From assembly GCA_000002445.1 (NCBI GenBank), contig CH464491.1, forward strand, positions 2,112,001 through 2,176,000: 64,000 nucleotides of DNA, written 5' to 3'. Made by a program: the position numbers and the translations under genes. The notes under the pieces were generated by a model. That model made no database searches. It saw only the letters and a list, made by a program, of their open reading frames with translations, and had not been told where the DNA came from. Shown here piece after piece: positions 23,001-33,106 of this stretch (positions are counted from its first letter, which is position 1; the number at the start of each line of letters is the position of its first letter). This stretch comes from Trypanosoma brucei (taxonomy: Eukaryota).

Positions 23001-23336
23001 AGTTTCTGTAGAGAAAGTATAGGACGCATAACCATCCGTTACAGGATCCCACAACCCCCTGGAGGCAATTCTTATTCCCTGATTTACGGCCTCAGTGACG
23101 GTGGCATGAGTAACAAATTTATAACGCTCATATCCCAGGCGCACAACACGCTGCTGAATCTCACTACATATTTCTTTTATTAGTGGTTGTACATCCTCAT
23201 GCACATACGCCCGATCCCCAACGAGTGTTTGGCACACCTTTTTCAAAATGGGCTCAACGGCACTCGCTCGGAATTTAGTTCCGGGACGCGGCAGCTTAAT
23301 GGCAGGGCGCGGGGCTTCATCGTACTCGTTCACCAT
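22989..23336 (-). CDS. DYNLT: Tctex1-family dynein light chain; the C-terminus appears short relative to the family.
   Basis: The 115-aa ORF aligns to human DYNLT1 over its C-terminal half. YKFVTHATVTEAVNQGIRIASRGLWDPVTDGYASYTFSTETMFI matches [45 protein letters not shown]. Our protein stops about 9 aa before the usual end (...IVSAFGLSI). Confidence 0.7.
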   Translation of the reverse strand: MVNEYDEAPRPAIKLPRPGTKFRASAVEPILKKVCQTLVGDRAYVHEDVQPLIKEICSEIQQRVVRLGYERYKFVTHATVTEAVNQGIRIASRGLWDPVTDGYASYTFSTETMFI

Positions 23337-24485
23337 CAGCTACGTTTGACTTCCACTTCTTTCCTCTTCTTCTTTTCTCTTGTTTTGTCCCGGGTGCTCG
23401 TGTGGATACGCGTAGACGCCTTTCTTATTTCTTCCTAAAGGCAAACAAATTGGTTAATATTCTAAACGATCACGAGCACAGATCAGTAAACACCTACACG
23501 AGGAGTATACTTCGATTTTAGAAACGAACAGAAAAGCAAAAGCAATGGCAAAAAAGAATACCAAACGAAGAAATGGAACATCATATGAATATATATAATA
23601 ACAACAATATATTATTTGATTACTATCATTACGTTAGGTAAAAGATTTATGCACTCCATGCTCAAGTAAAAGAGGGTTAGGAAAATAATACAAAAAAAGG
23701 ATCATGAGAGTCCAATGAGAGCAGCGCATCACACACGTGGGAATGATTTCGCCTTATAACAAGAAACAAATGAAAGGTTCATGCACATTATATGAAAGAA
23801 ACCAGTGAGAACACAACACACCAAGAAATTACGTACATGAAAAGAAAAACAAAGTAGAAAGATAGAAGAAAGAGATATTATTCAGATATGGCTGTAACCA
23901 CTGTCGCAAGGGGAAAATAAGAGAAGAAAAAATATAAGAAAACTATTCAACAAAGACATAATATAGGCTGATAAAATTTATGATATGAAAGGTTAAGCTG
24001 CTCTATCTACATCAAGCAGACACCCATTTGATATTCCACACACATAAATTGTAGTAACGTGCGCAACCGAAATGGAAAGATACGGAAGACAGTGCTGCTG
24101 TATACAATACCGTCACCACAAGGCAAAGCAGTAACAGAAATACATTTTTCCAGCTATTCTTTCTCTCGTTTCAGCGTATCCACACAATTTCCAATTTAAG
24201 AACAAGAAAACAAACATCCAATATATATATATATATGTTATCACTTTACACTGCAACAGCAACAAGTGTCGTGTGATGTTGTCGTAAAAGAGATATGATT
24301 TGATAAACGACACCAGCTCCCCATTCATGAAACAGCGTGTTTGTACATCATATGAAAGAAGGAAAGATTGCTTAGTAATTCAAGTGTTAATAAAGCACAT
24401 CAAAACTCTCAACAAATGCCTGTGAAATTCAGTAAAGAAAGGTATCATAAAGTAATTGCAGTAAGAGTGCCGCTTATGCATCATA

Positions 24486-26207
24486 TTATAATAGGGAAAA
24501 GCAAGAAACGAAGAGTAGCATATTCCACATTAAATAACATGAATATGCTGACCATGATGACGCGCCCTTTCCTTGTCCCTTTTGTGCCGAAGTGGTTTGC
24601 TTTACCACCTTTGAAGCACACAACTCAGACTTTTTAGGACACTGAATAGAACCGCTGGAGAATGTCACATTAGATGTCACATTTCTTCCCTCAGGGCAAT
24701 TATGCCATTGGTCGTCACCAACAAAACGCACCTGAAGAATATCTGGCTTACAATTCACTTCAACACAAATATCAGCCATTGCAACTATAACGTTTTTCAG
24801 CTTTAGACCCGTAGCTTTGACACACCGCGAGTTAGGTCCAATACGACTTCCCCACATTGTCTTCGGATCTCCATTAGTGCAGCCGGTATTCGAGAAGACA
24901 CGTATGTAAGGGCAGTAATCAAGCAGTTCACCGGGACCACCCCTGTTGCTCTGAGAAAAGTACTGGTAATGCGTAGGTAGTGAGGACTTATAAGTAGAAA
25001 TTGCACACGACCCCAGCCCAGTACGGTCAGATGTACAAATATTCTCACCTTGCTTTGTTTCCGACGTACAAAACACATCAGGAAAGTTGCTCTTTCCATC
25101 CTCTACACACCTCTTTTCCAGAAAATCACAGCCTCGTCCTTTACCAAAATGCATATCCTCTTCAGTTCCCCATTTGGCTTTGTAAAAACCCATATCCTCA
25201 AATAATGCCATAGTTAGCACACTATAACGGCCTCCATCGCTGCTTTTCAAACCAGCCATCATCTCTTCCATTGCGATCCTACGCTCCCAATGTGATTTTA
25301 CAGTTCCCTCACCACCTTCATCCTCCAGCTCCATACCTGTCAACGTATCACAACCATAAAATAGTCGCGCTTTCTTCACCACAGTTTGTGACTTTACAAC
25401 CCATACACCATTCTTACCACGGATCTCATTCCTCTTTTCCACAAGCTTCAGCTCCTCCATGATATCAAAACCAAATCCAAGAGCATGAGCAATTTCATGT
25501 GCCGTCACACGCATACTACTATCATGAGAAGTCAGCACTTCAGGTCCAATATTGAAAACACCAACAACAGGGCGCTTTCCCTTGAGCCTCGAACACGGAC
25601 CTGCCCATGCTGCAGGTGAACCCATTGGACCAGCGGCACCATATAACACCATATCAGCACCGGAAACACCTGTAGTGTAGTGATCCTGAGGAATATTGAA
25701 ATTATTGCAAAACGACTGCAGTTTAGGAACCTTAATTGGGCCCTGAACTGGTTGTACCATGAGGCGATCAGTGTGCATCTTCAGTGCATCCGGTATAACA
25801 ACAGACAGAAGAGATTTCTTTTCCTTTGTCAGCAAGGAATCAGTATTACACTGATAATTGGTACCCCTAAAGTTAGAGCGAGTTTCACCCACACTTCCAC
25901 AATATTTACTCCGATCCTCAATATCCGATTTAAAAACCTTAAATCGAATGGGTTGCCATCCTGCCGTTGAACTCGTAACAATCGCATGCACCAGATCTCC
26001 TTTAGGTACTGGAGGCTCACCCACCACTGGAAGGTCCCGCATACTCATGTTTTTCATCAACTTGCCGAAGTCACACCGATGCGGTGGGATATTGCCTTCA
26101 GTCACATCACCACATAATATCAAACCCAATAAAAAGGGAATGATATAACGAGGGAACATAATCACTGTCATATATACACACTGAAGCGTATCAATAGGTA
26201 TTTGCAA
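24486..26207 (-). CDS. GP63: GP63/leishmanolysin, copy 3, intact, with the shortest C-terminal tail.
   Basis: The 573-aa ORF has HEIAHALGFGFDIM and the same architecture as the other copies. It lacks an SEGSS tail and ends ...TTSAQKGQGKGASSWSAYSCYLMWNMLLFVSCFSLL. Confidence 0.9.
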   Translation of the reverse strand: MQIPIDTLQCVYMTVIMFPRYIIPFLLGLILCGDVTEGNIPPHRCDFGKLMKNMSMRDLPVVGEPPVPKGDLVHAIVTSSTAGWQPIRFKVFKSDIEDRSKYCGSVGETRSNFRGTNYQCNTDSLLTKEKKSLLSVVIPDALKMHTDRLMVQPVQGPIKVPKLQSFCNNFNIPQDHYTTGVSGADMVLYGAAGPMGSPAAWAGPCSRLKGKRPVVGVFNIGPEVLTSHDSSMRVTAHEIAHALGFGFDIMEELKLVEKRNEIRGKNGVWVVKSQTVVKKARLFYGCDTLTGMELEDEGGEGTVKSHWERRIAMEEMMAGLKSSDGGRYSVLTMALFEDMGFYKAKWGTEEDMHFGKGRGCDFLEKRCVEDGKSNFPDVFCTSETKQGENICTSDRTGLGSCAISTYKSSLPTHYQYFSQSNRGGPGELLDYCPYIRVFSNTGCTNGDPKTMWGSRIGPNSRCVKATGLKLKNVIVAMADICVEVNCKPDILQVRFVGDDQWHNCPEGRNVTSNVTFSSGSIQCPKKSELCASKVVKQTTSAQKGQGKGASSWSAYSCYLMWNMLLFVSCFSLL

Positions 26208-27218
26208 ATCCTTAACTTATAGGACAGAAACTACATACATAGAATAAGAAAAGGAAATAGAAATAGGAATGCAAAGCCATAGGAAACATATATATATATA
26301 TATATATAATAACAACAATATATTATTTGATTACTATCATTACGTTAGGTAAAAGATTTATGCACACCATGCTCAAGTAAAAGAGAGTTAGGACAATAAA
26401 ACAAAAAAAGTGGATCATGAGGGTCCAATGGGAGCAGCGCATCACACACGTGGGAATGATTTCGCCTTATAACAAGAAACAAATGAAAGGTACATGCACA
26501 TTATATGAAAGAAACCAGTGAGAATACAGCACATGAAGGAATTACATACATGAAAAGAAAAGCAAAAACAAAGTAGAAAGAGATAGCAAACAAGGAGATG
26601 TTCTTCAGATATAGATATTACACTGCACCAACGAAGAAAAAGAAAGAAGGCAAAAAAATAAAACAGAAGAATTGAACAAAGAAGAGAATATTGATTGGTA
26701 AAGATTATGATATGAAAGGTTAAGCTGCTCTATCTATATCAAGCAGACAACCATTTGATATTCCACACACATAAATTATAGTAACGTGCGCAACCGAAAC
26801 GGAAAGAGACAGAAAAACAATGTTGCTGTATAACAATACCGTCACCACAAGGCAAAGCAGTAACAGAAATACATTTTTCCAGCTATTCTTTCTCTTGTTT
26901 CAGTATCCCCGAACAATTTCCAATTTAAGAGCAAGAAAACAAACATCCAATATATTTATTTATATATATGTTATCACTTTACACTCCAACAGCAACAAGT
27001 GTCGTGTGATGTTGTCGTAAAAGAGATATGATGTGATAAACGACACTGGCTCCCCATTCATAAAACAGCATGTTTGTACACCATGTGAAAGAAGGAAAGA
27101 TTGCTTAGTAATTCAAGTGTTAATAAAGCACATCAAAACTCTCAACAAATGCCTGTGAAATTCAGTTAAGAAAGGTATCATAAAGTAATTGCACTAACAG
27201 CGCCGTATATGCATCATA

Positions 27219-29117
27219 TTATAATAGGGAAAAGCAAGAAACGAAGAGTAGCATATTCCACATTAAATAACTTGAATATGCTGACCATGATGATGTACCC
27301 GTCAACTGTCGCGTCATTGGGGAGGACCCCTCGGAATCCTCATGGGAAGACTCTTCAGAATATTCTTCGGAAAAATCTTCAGAAGCCCCCGTAGAAGACG
27401 TCGGAGATGCCCCTTCATAAGTTTCTGCGAAAGGCGCTGCGAAAGGTCCTGTTGAAGGCCCTGGAGAGGTAACTGGGAAGGCAACTGCGGAGGGGACTGT
27501 GATCCGCCTCAGAATCTTCGAGGCACACAACTCAGACTTTTCAGGACACTGAATAGAACCGCTGGAGAATGTCACATTAGATGTCACATTTCTTCCCTCA
27601 GGGCAATCATACCAACGGTTATCACCAACAAAACGCACCTGAAGAATATCTGACTCACAATTCACTTCAACACATATATCTGCAAGAGGAACACCTTTTT
27701 TTTTTTGAAGTCTAAGCCGAGTTCCTTTGACACACCGTGAGTTAGGTCCAACACGACTTCCCAGCATTACGTTCGGATTTCCATCAGTGCAACCGGTATT
27801 CGAAAAGAGGCGTATGTAAGGGCAGTAATCAAGCAGTTCAGCGGGACCACCTTTCTTTTCGTCAGCAAAATATCGATATTGCTCAGGTATTGGAGACTCA
27901 TGTGTCTGAATGGCACATGACCCCAACCCACCACGATCAGATGTACAAAAGATCTCAGTGTCCCTGGCCTTTGACGTACAAAACACATCAGGAAAGTTGC
28001 TCCTTCCATTCTCTACACACCTCTTTTCCAGAAAATCGCAGCCTCGTCCTTTACCAAAATGCATATCTTCTTCATTTCCCCATTTGGCTCTATAAAAACC
28101 CATATCCTCAAATAATGCCATAGTTAGCACACTATAACGGCCTCCATCGCTGCTTTTCAAACCAGTCATCATCTCTTCCATTGCAATCCTACGCTCCCAA
28201 TGTGAGTTTTTCGTACCGTCACCACCTTCGTCCTCCAGCTCCACACCCTTAATTTCATTACAACCATAAAATTCCTGCGCCTTCTTTACCACAGTTGGTG
28301 ATGTCACAACCCATACATCATTCTTACCACGGATGCCAGATTTCTTTTCCACAAGCTTCAGTTCCTCCATGATATCAAAACCAAATCCAAGAGCATGAGC
28401 AATTTCATGTGCCGTCACACGCATACTACTATCATGAGAGGTCAGCACTTCAGGTCCAATATTGAAAACACCAACAGTAGGGCGTTGACCACTTACCCTC
28501 GAACACGGACCTGCCCATGCTGCAGGTGAACCCATTGGACCAGCGGCACCATATAACACCATATCAGCACCGGAGACACCTGTAGTGTAGTGGTCTCTGG
28601 GAATGCTGAAGTTATTGCAAAATGTTTGTTTTTCATAAACCTTAATTGGGTCGTGAACTGGTTGTACCATGAGACGATCAGTGTGCATCTTCAATGCATC
28701 CGGTATAACAACAGCCAGAAGAGCTTTCTTTTCCTTTGTCAGCACAGAAGCAGTTGTACACTCGTAGTATGCGTCCCTGAAGTTAGAGCGAACTTGGCCT
28801 TCCTTTTCGCAATATTTGTTCCGGTTTTTAATGTCAAAGTCAAACACCTGAACTCGGATGGGATGCCATCCTGCCGTTGAACTCGTAGCAATCGCATGCA
28901 CCAGATCTCCTTTAGGTACTGGAGGTTCATCCACCACTGGAGGTTCCCGCACACTCATGTTTTTCATCAACTTACCGAAGTCACACCGATGCGGTGGGAT
29001 ATTGCCTTCACTCACATCACCACATAATATCAAACCCAATAAAAAGGGAATGATATAACGAGGGAACATAATCACTGCCATATATACACACTCAAGCGTA
29101 TCAATAGATATTTGCAA
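27219..29117 (-). CDS. GP63: GP63/leishmanolysin, copy 4, intact, with a distinct Ser/Pro/Glu-rich C-terminal tail.
   Basis: The 632-aa ORF has HEIAHALGFGFDIM. Its unique tail is ...PSAVAFPVTSPGPSTGPFAAPFAETYEGASPTSSTGASEDFSEEYSEESSHEDSEGSS, followed by a GPI-signal-like end. There is a T11 homopolymer at 27696..27706 on the + strand (A11 on the coding strand), encoding KKK at a point where the other copies read NVIV. Confidence 0.9.
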   Translation of the reverse strand: MQISIDTLECVYMAVIMFPRYIIPFLLGLILCGDVSEGNIPPHRCDFGKLMKNMSVREPPVVDEPPVPKGDLVHAIATSSTAGWHPIRVQVFDFDIKNRNKYCEKEGQVRSNFRDAYYECTTASVLTKEKKALLAVVIPDALKMHTDRLMVQPVHDPIKVYEKQTFCNNFSIPRDHYTTGVSGADMVLYGAAGPMGSPAAWAGPCSRVSGQRPTVGVFNIGPEVLTSHDSSMRVTAHEIAHALGFGFDIMEELKLVEKKSGIRGKNDVWVVTSPTVVKKAQEFYGCNEIKGVELEDEGGDGTKNSHWERRIAMEEMMTGLKSSDGGRYSVLTMALFEDMGFYRAKWGNEEDMHFGKGRGCDFLEKRCVENGRSNFPDVFCTSKARDTEIFCTSDRGGLGSCAIQTHESPIPEQYRYFADEKKGGPAELLDYCPYIRLFSNTGCTDGNPNVMLGSRVGPNSRCVKGTRLRLQKKKGVPLADICVEVNCESDILQVRFVGDNRWYDCPEGRNVTSNVTFSSGSIQCPEKSELCASKILRRITVPSAVAFPVTSPGPSTGPFAAPFAETYEGASPTSSTGASEDFSEEYSEESSHEDSEGSSPMTRQLTGTSSWSAYSSYLMWNMLLFVSCFSLL

Positions 29118-30463
29118 TTCCTTAACTTACAGGATAGAAACTACATACATAGAATAAGAAAAGAAAATAGGAATAGGAATGCAAAGCCATAGGAAGATAT
29201 GTAAGGTCAGAGTTAGAAATGTAACAACACACAAAATATTAGTGTGTGTGTGTTACTGATAATGCAACCAAAGTTATACTCAAGCATGAAAAAATAGGCA
29301 TAATACTGCACAGTAACCGCATCTCAAAATACAGCACATGCGTGTATATAGGATATATAACCTGCTGTCGCATCAGTACGCAATGGTGTCAATCAAACAA
29401 TGCTATCAGAGGTATCGGAGTGATTGCGGTTGTTGAACATCACGCACAACAGACATAGTTACCACATATTGTAAAAGGGAAGGAATCAACAAGGGGAAGG
29501 GAGAGGAATATGGGAAAAGGAAAGGGAAAGGGAAGGAAATGAATGTTGTCAGGCAGGGATAACTGTTAGCAGTTTTTACTCGTCAATGTTAAATCAGAAG
29601 AGGTGTCAGGAAAACGTGTCTTCTCATTATAAGGTATAAGATTGCATTATGCGAACACTTCCATAGAGACCTCTCTGTAACTCATGGTTGGGACTCGATA
29701 ATCCAAAAATAACAACAAACACAAATGTATCGCTATAAGTTAACTCTCTCTTAAAGGATATATTTATATATTATTACTAATTTTAGTATACCATACAGTA
29801 TGATAACTAAATAAAACATAACGAGAAGTGAATCAACCCTCCTTTACATCGAAACACCTTACGAAACAAGTATCTCGTTAGAAAACCGTAACGTGTCCGC
29901 AGCATGCTAAACGTCGCAGCAACTGTATTTGATATCATGCGAGAAACTGGAAATATGTTGTAAAAGAGAAAGAAAGGGAGAGAAAGCATGAAGAGTGAGG
30001 ACGGGACAGAAGAACTGAGAATGGTTGTCGAGCAGTAGTGACAGAGTTAGAACGCAGGGTCCTTTTGTGGTGAACTGCTCCTGTGTTCAGGAACCCAACT
30101 GCAGAGCACGCAGGTAACCCCTATTTTAGACACCGTGCGTCACATACATTATTAATCGGTCTTGTGGTGGAAAAGTAATGCCTGACTGGCGTTAGCGAAT
30201 ACGAGGGTTTCGGCTGCGTATATCGGCACTGACACGTCACAACGTGCTGATAGTGCTTCACCTTTTATCATGGCGGGTTACTTAACTTTAAAGCAGGGAT
30301 GTAGTACGGTCACCTCCCCATTGTGTAAACCTAAACCTCCTTACTCCCATTGTGGCTATGTAGTTTGCAAACAGACTTGTTGATTTTCCATTTCTTCTTC
30401 TTAGCCTTTTGACGTGGTGCTGTCAACTGGTTGAGCAGATTCGATGTAATTCACGCCCTCGTC

Positions 30464-33106
30464 CTACCAAGGTATTTCCCTAAAATCCTTGAAGAACTTT
30501 CCATATACTTTGCGATCACTATAAATGAGATCTAAGCACCGAGCAGCGGCATCGACCTCGTCCAAAGGACACAGCTGATGCTGGTCTGCGCGTCGCTCCT
30601 TTTTGGCCTTTGGTGATTCATCTGTAATCCAACCCGTGTCTACGGAGTTCATATAAATTCCATCTTGAGCATAATCCTCACCACTAGTTCTCGTCATCAT
30701 ATTGAGAGCCGCCTTTGCCATGTTTGTGTGAGGATGTGTCACCTGCTTGAACCGGTAGAACTGTCCTTCCATAGCGGAAACGTTGATGATGAAGCGTGCC
30801 TCATCCGTCACCGGATCACCAGTACGGTTTAGGAGTGCGGGTTTAAGCTTACTGTTGATGATAAAGGGTGAGAGAGCATTTATGGCCATAACCTCTGCTG
30901 CTTCGCTGCCTTGCACCTCTGCCAGTTTCATAACCCACGAGTTCGTCACGCGGTGGTCGCTCTCCTCAGCAGCCGTGTCGTAACGATCAAAAACAGAAGA
31001 TTTTGAGGAACCCACAACAAGAGGTGATCTCGCGATAGCAACCAGAACACCGCTGTGACCAGTTGCGTTGGTGTTATAGTAGGCCGTAGCGTCACCTGTG
31101 GTAATCCTCTCGTCCAGAAAAGGTTGCCGCTGAGGGTGATGTTCAATATGCAGCGGCTCTCCAATCGTTACCGACGAGTGACTAAGAAAATACTGGTGCC
31201 ACTCCCTGGATGCCGCGTCGTCGTATAGTGTCTTGTGCAGGTCTAGAGGGGGATGCGATTCCACATGCCGTAAATGCTTCGTGTACTCCCTCGTTCGCGC
31301 GATTGTCTGCGCAGCGTTGTTGATTATCGCAAATAACTTCCCAAACTTCTGCATTACAAAGGCACAGAACTGAGTGACCAGCCACATGTCACGCAGGTCC
31401 AGCGAAAAGAGATGAAGCCGGTGCGCCCACACACAGTAGTCCGCCTCTCTTTGAAACCGTGCCACTGCCTCATGAGCAAAGCGAGTGGTGCCTATTAATT
31501 CCGCACCACACCTCAGAAGGGAAAGTGCCATGGCAAAGCCGATTTTAATGCGGCAACCCGTAAGCAGCACAACCTTTCCCCGCAAATCCCGAGTCATCAA
31601 ACGCTTGTTGAAGTTATACTCACCACACAAGTGGCACATACTGTAATAATACGGGTGCAACTTATCATACCGCACACGACAGGTGTGGCATGCAATGGTT
31701 CGACTAAGCTGCAGTGCTTCATCACAAGGTATAGGACGACCGGCCGCATACTGTTGTATATCTTGGAAGACAGAAAAACTGTCGGGTTCCTCATCATCCG
31801 ACACCGGTGGCCGTGTTGGAAAATCGGAAGGTGACTCCCCCAATTCACGGTAACGTCGCTTACTGTACAACCTACGAGCTATAAATAAGTTGAGGGACGC
31901 ATCAACTGACCACTGAACACCGCTTCCATTTCCACCTGCCTTTGCGTCAGGGCTGGTGAGCGTGCCAACACTGTCGTTGGTCACGAACAGATCAATTGGT
32001 TCCCCCCGACTAACTGCACGTTCAAACACGTGAAGGGCATCTGTTACGGGAAGGTTATGTTTTAATGCCTTTACCACATCAACAGATGCACGATCCAACG
32101 TACCGCAATTACGGAGGCAGGTAAGGTCTCGCATTGCCCCTGAATCGGCCACAACTATGTCCTCATCAGAAGGAATACCGCTCACGAGTTCACCAGCTTT
32201 TTTCCCCCCACAATCACGATTATTGCTGCCCCCACTGATGCCATTCATGTTTTCGTCATCATTGTCATCGTCTCCCCCAAGCGTGAAGAGTTCACCGCAG
32301 AGTCTTGCAATCCGAAGCTTTATCGTTGCTGTATACATCTCCTGCTGCAACAAATCAGTTCCCGGTGGTGCGGAACCACCAATAAGAACGGGGGGCATTT
32401 GCGTCCCAAACGAATGCGGTAAGTAGCGGTAAACCTGAGCCACAAGATGTGAGGCAGTAGCCCAATCCATCGCAGCGGAACCCGCAGTGTACATTGCTTC
32501 AAGACGTATAATATTCTCAAACGCACCAATTTGTGATATTATCTGACGATCGTGGGTGGACAAGCCGTCATGGCAATCCTCACTCCTTCTAGCACCTTGC
32601 CCGTCAACGGTATCCGCAGGGCCGCTCACACGGTCACGAATAAGCGACACAACCCGATCAGATCCCTCATTTTCCTGGTGCTGAAGGAGACAGAGAGCCT
32701 CCTCCCTTTCACGCTTCATTTCGGTGCGACGAATCGCTTCAATGTCTTGCATACGTTTATAACGCTTACGATAACTCTTCTCCTCATTCATAATGGCCTT
32801 GTACACGTCACGGTTCTCACGCTTTGTCTTGCGGTCTCGTGTAATCATCGTGTACAGTCTGCTCTCGTGCAGGTACGGATCCCCGACAAAAAGTGATGGA
32901 TCGTGAAAAAGGGTACGAACAACTTTTGTTGCAGCATGAAGCTCATCCAATGTAAACCCCCAACGCGCCTCACGTGCCGCTAACGTCATTTCCTCTCCTG
33001 CCACCTCCTGTGGTAAAGACTTTCCCTCATCCCCGTCACTCATTGAGTCAACCTCCGGGGACGGTTTACCACCGATTACCTTGCGATATTCAACAAGCAA
33101 AACCAA
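30464..33106 (-). CDS. Large protein with a C-terminal short-chain dehydrogenase/reductase (SDR)-like domain.
   Basis: The 880-aa ORF contains KVVLLTGCRIKIGFAMALSLL, a Rossmann TGxxxGxG-type motif. Downstream lies NNAAQT and a ...MAKAALNMMTRT... region resembling the SDR YxxxK segment (Tyr not conserved). A C-x2-C...C-x2-C cluster (CHTCRVRYDKLHPYYYSMCHLCGEY) precedes the SDR part. Confidence 0.55.
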   Translation of the reverse strand: MVLLVEYRKVIGGKPSPEVDSMSDGDEGKSLPQEVAGEEMTLAAREARWGFTLDELHAATKVVRTLFHDPSLFVGDPYLHESRLYTMITRDRKTKRENRDVYKAIMNEEKSYRKRYKRMQDIEAIRRTEMKREREEALCLLQHQENEGSDRVVSLIRDRVSGPADTVDGQGARRSEDCHDGLSTHDRQIISQIGAFENIIRLEAMYTAGSAAMDWATASHLVAQVYRYLPHSFGTQMPPVLIGGSAPPGTDLLQQEMYTATIKLRIARLCGELFTLGGDDDNDDENMNGISGGSNNRDCGGKKAGELVSGIPSDEDIVVADSGAMRDLTCLRNCGTLDRASVDVVKALKHNLPVTDALHVFERAVSRGEPIDLFVTNDSVGTLTSPDAKAGGNGSGVQWSVDASLNLFIARRLYSKRRYRELGESPSDFPTRPPVSDDEEPDSFSVFQDIQQYAAGRPIPCDEALQLSRTIACHTCRVRYDKLHPYYYSMCHLCGEYNFNKRLMTRDLRGKVVLLTGCRIKIGFAMALSLLRCGAELIGTTRFAHEAVARFQREADYCVWAHRLHLFSLDLRDMWLVTQFCAFVMQKFGKLFAIINNAAQTIARTREYTKHLRHVESHPPLDLHKTLYDDAASREWHQYFLSHSSVTIGEPLHIEHHPQRQPFLDERITTGDATAYYNTNATGHSGVLVAIARSPLVVGSSKSSVFDRYDTAAEESDHRVTNSWVMKLAEVQGSEAAEVMAINALSPFIINSKLKPALLNRTGDPVTDEARFIINVSAMEGQFYRFKQVTHPHTNMAKAALNMMTRTSGEDYAQDGIYMNSVDTGWITDESPKAKKERRADQHQLCPLDEVDAAARCLDLIYSDRKVYGKFFKDFREIPW

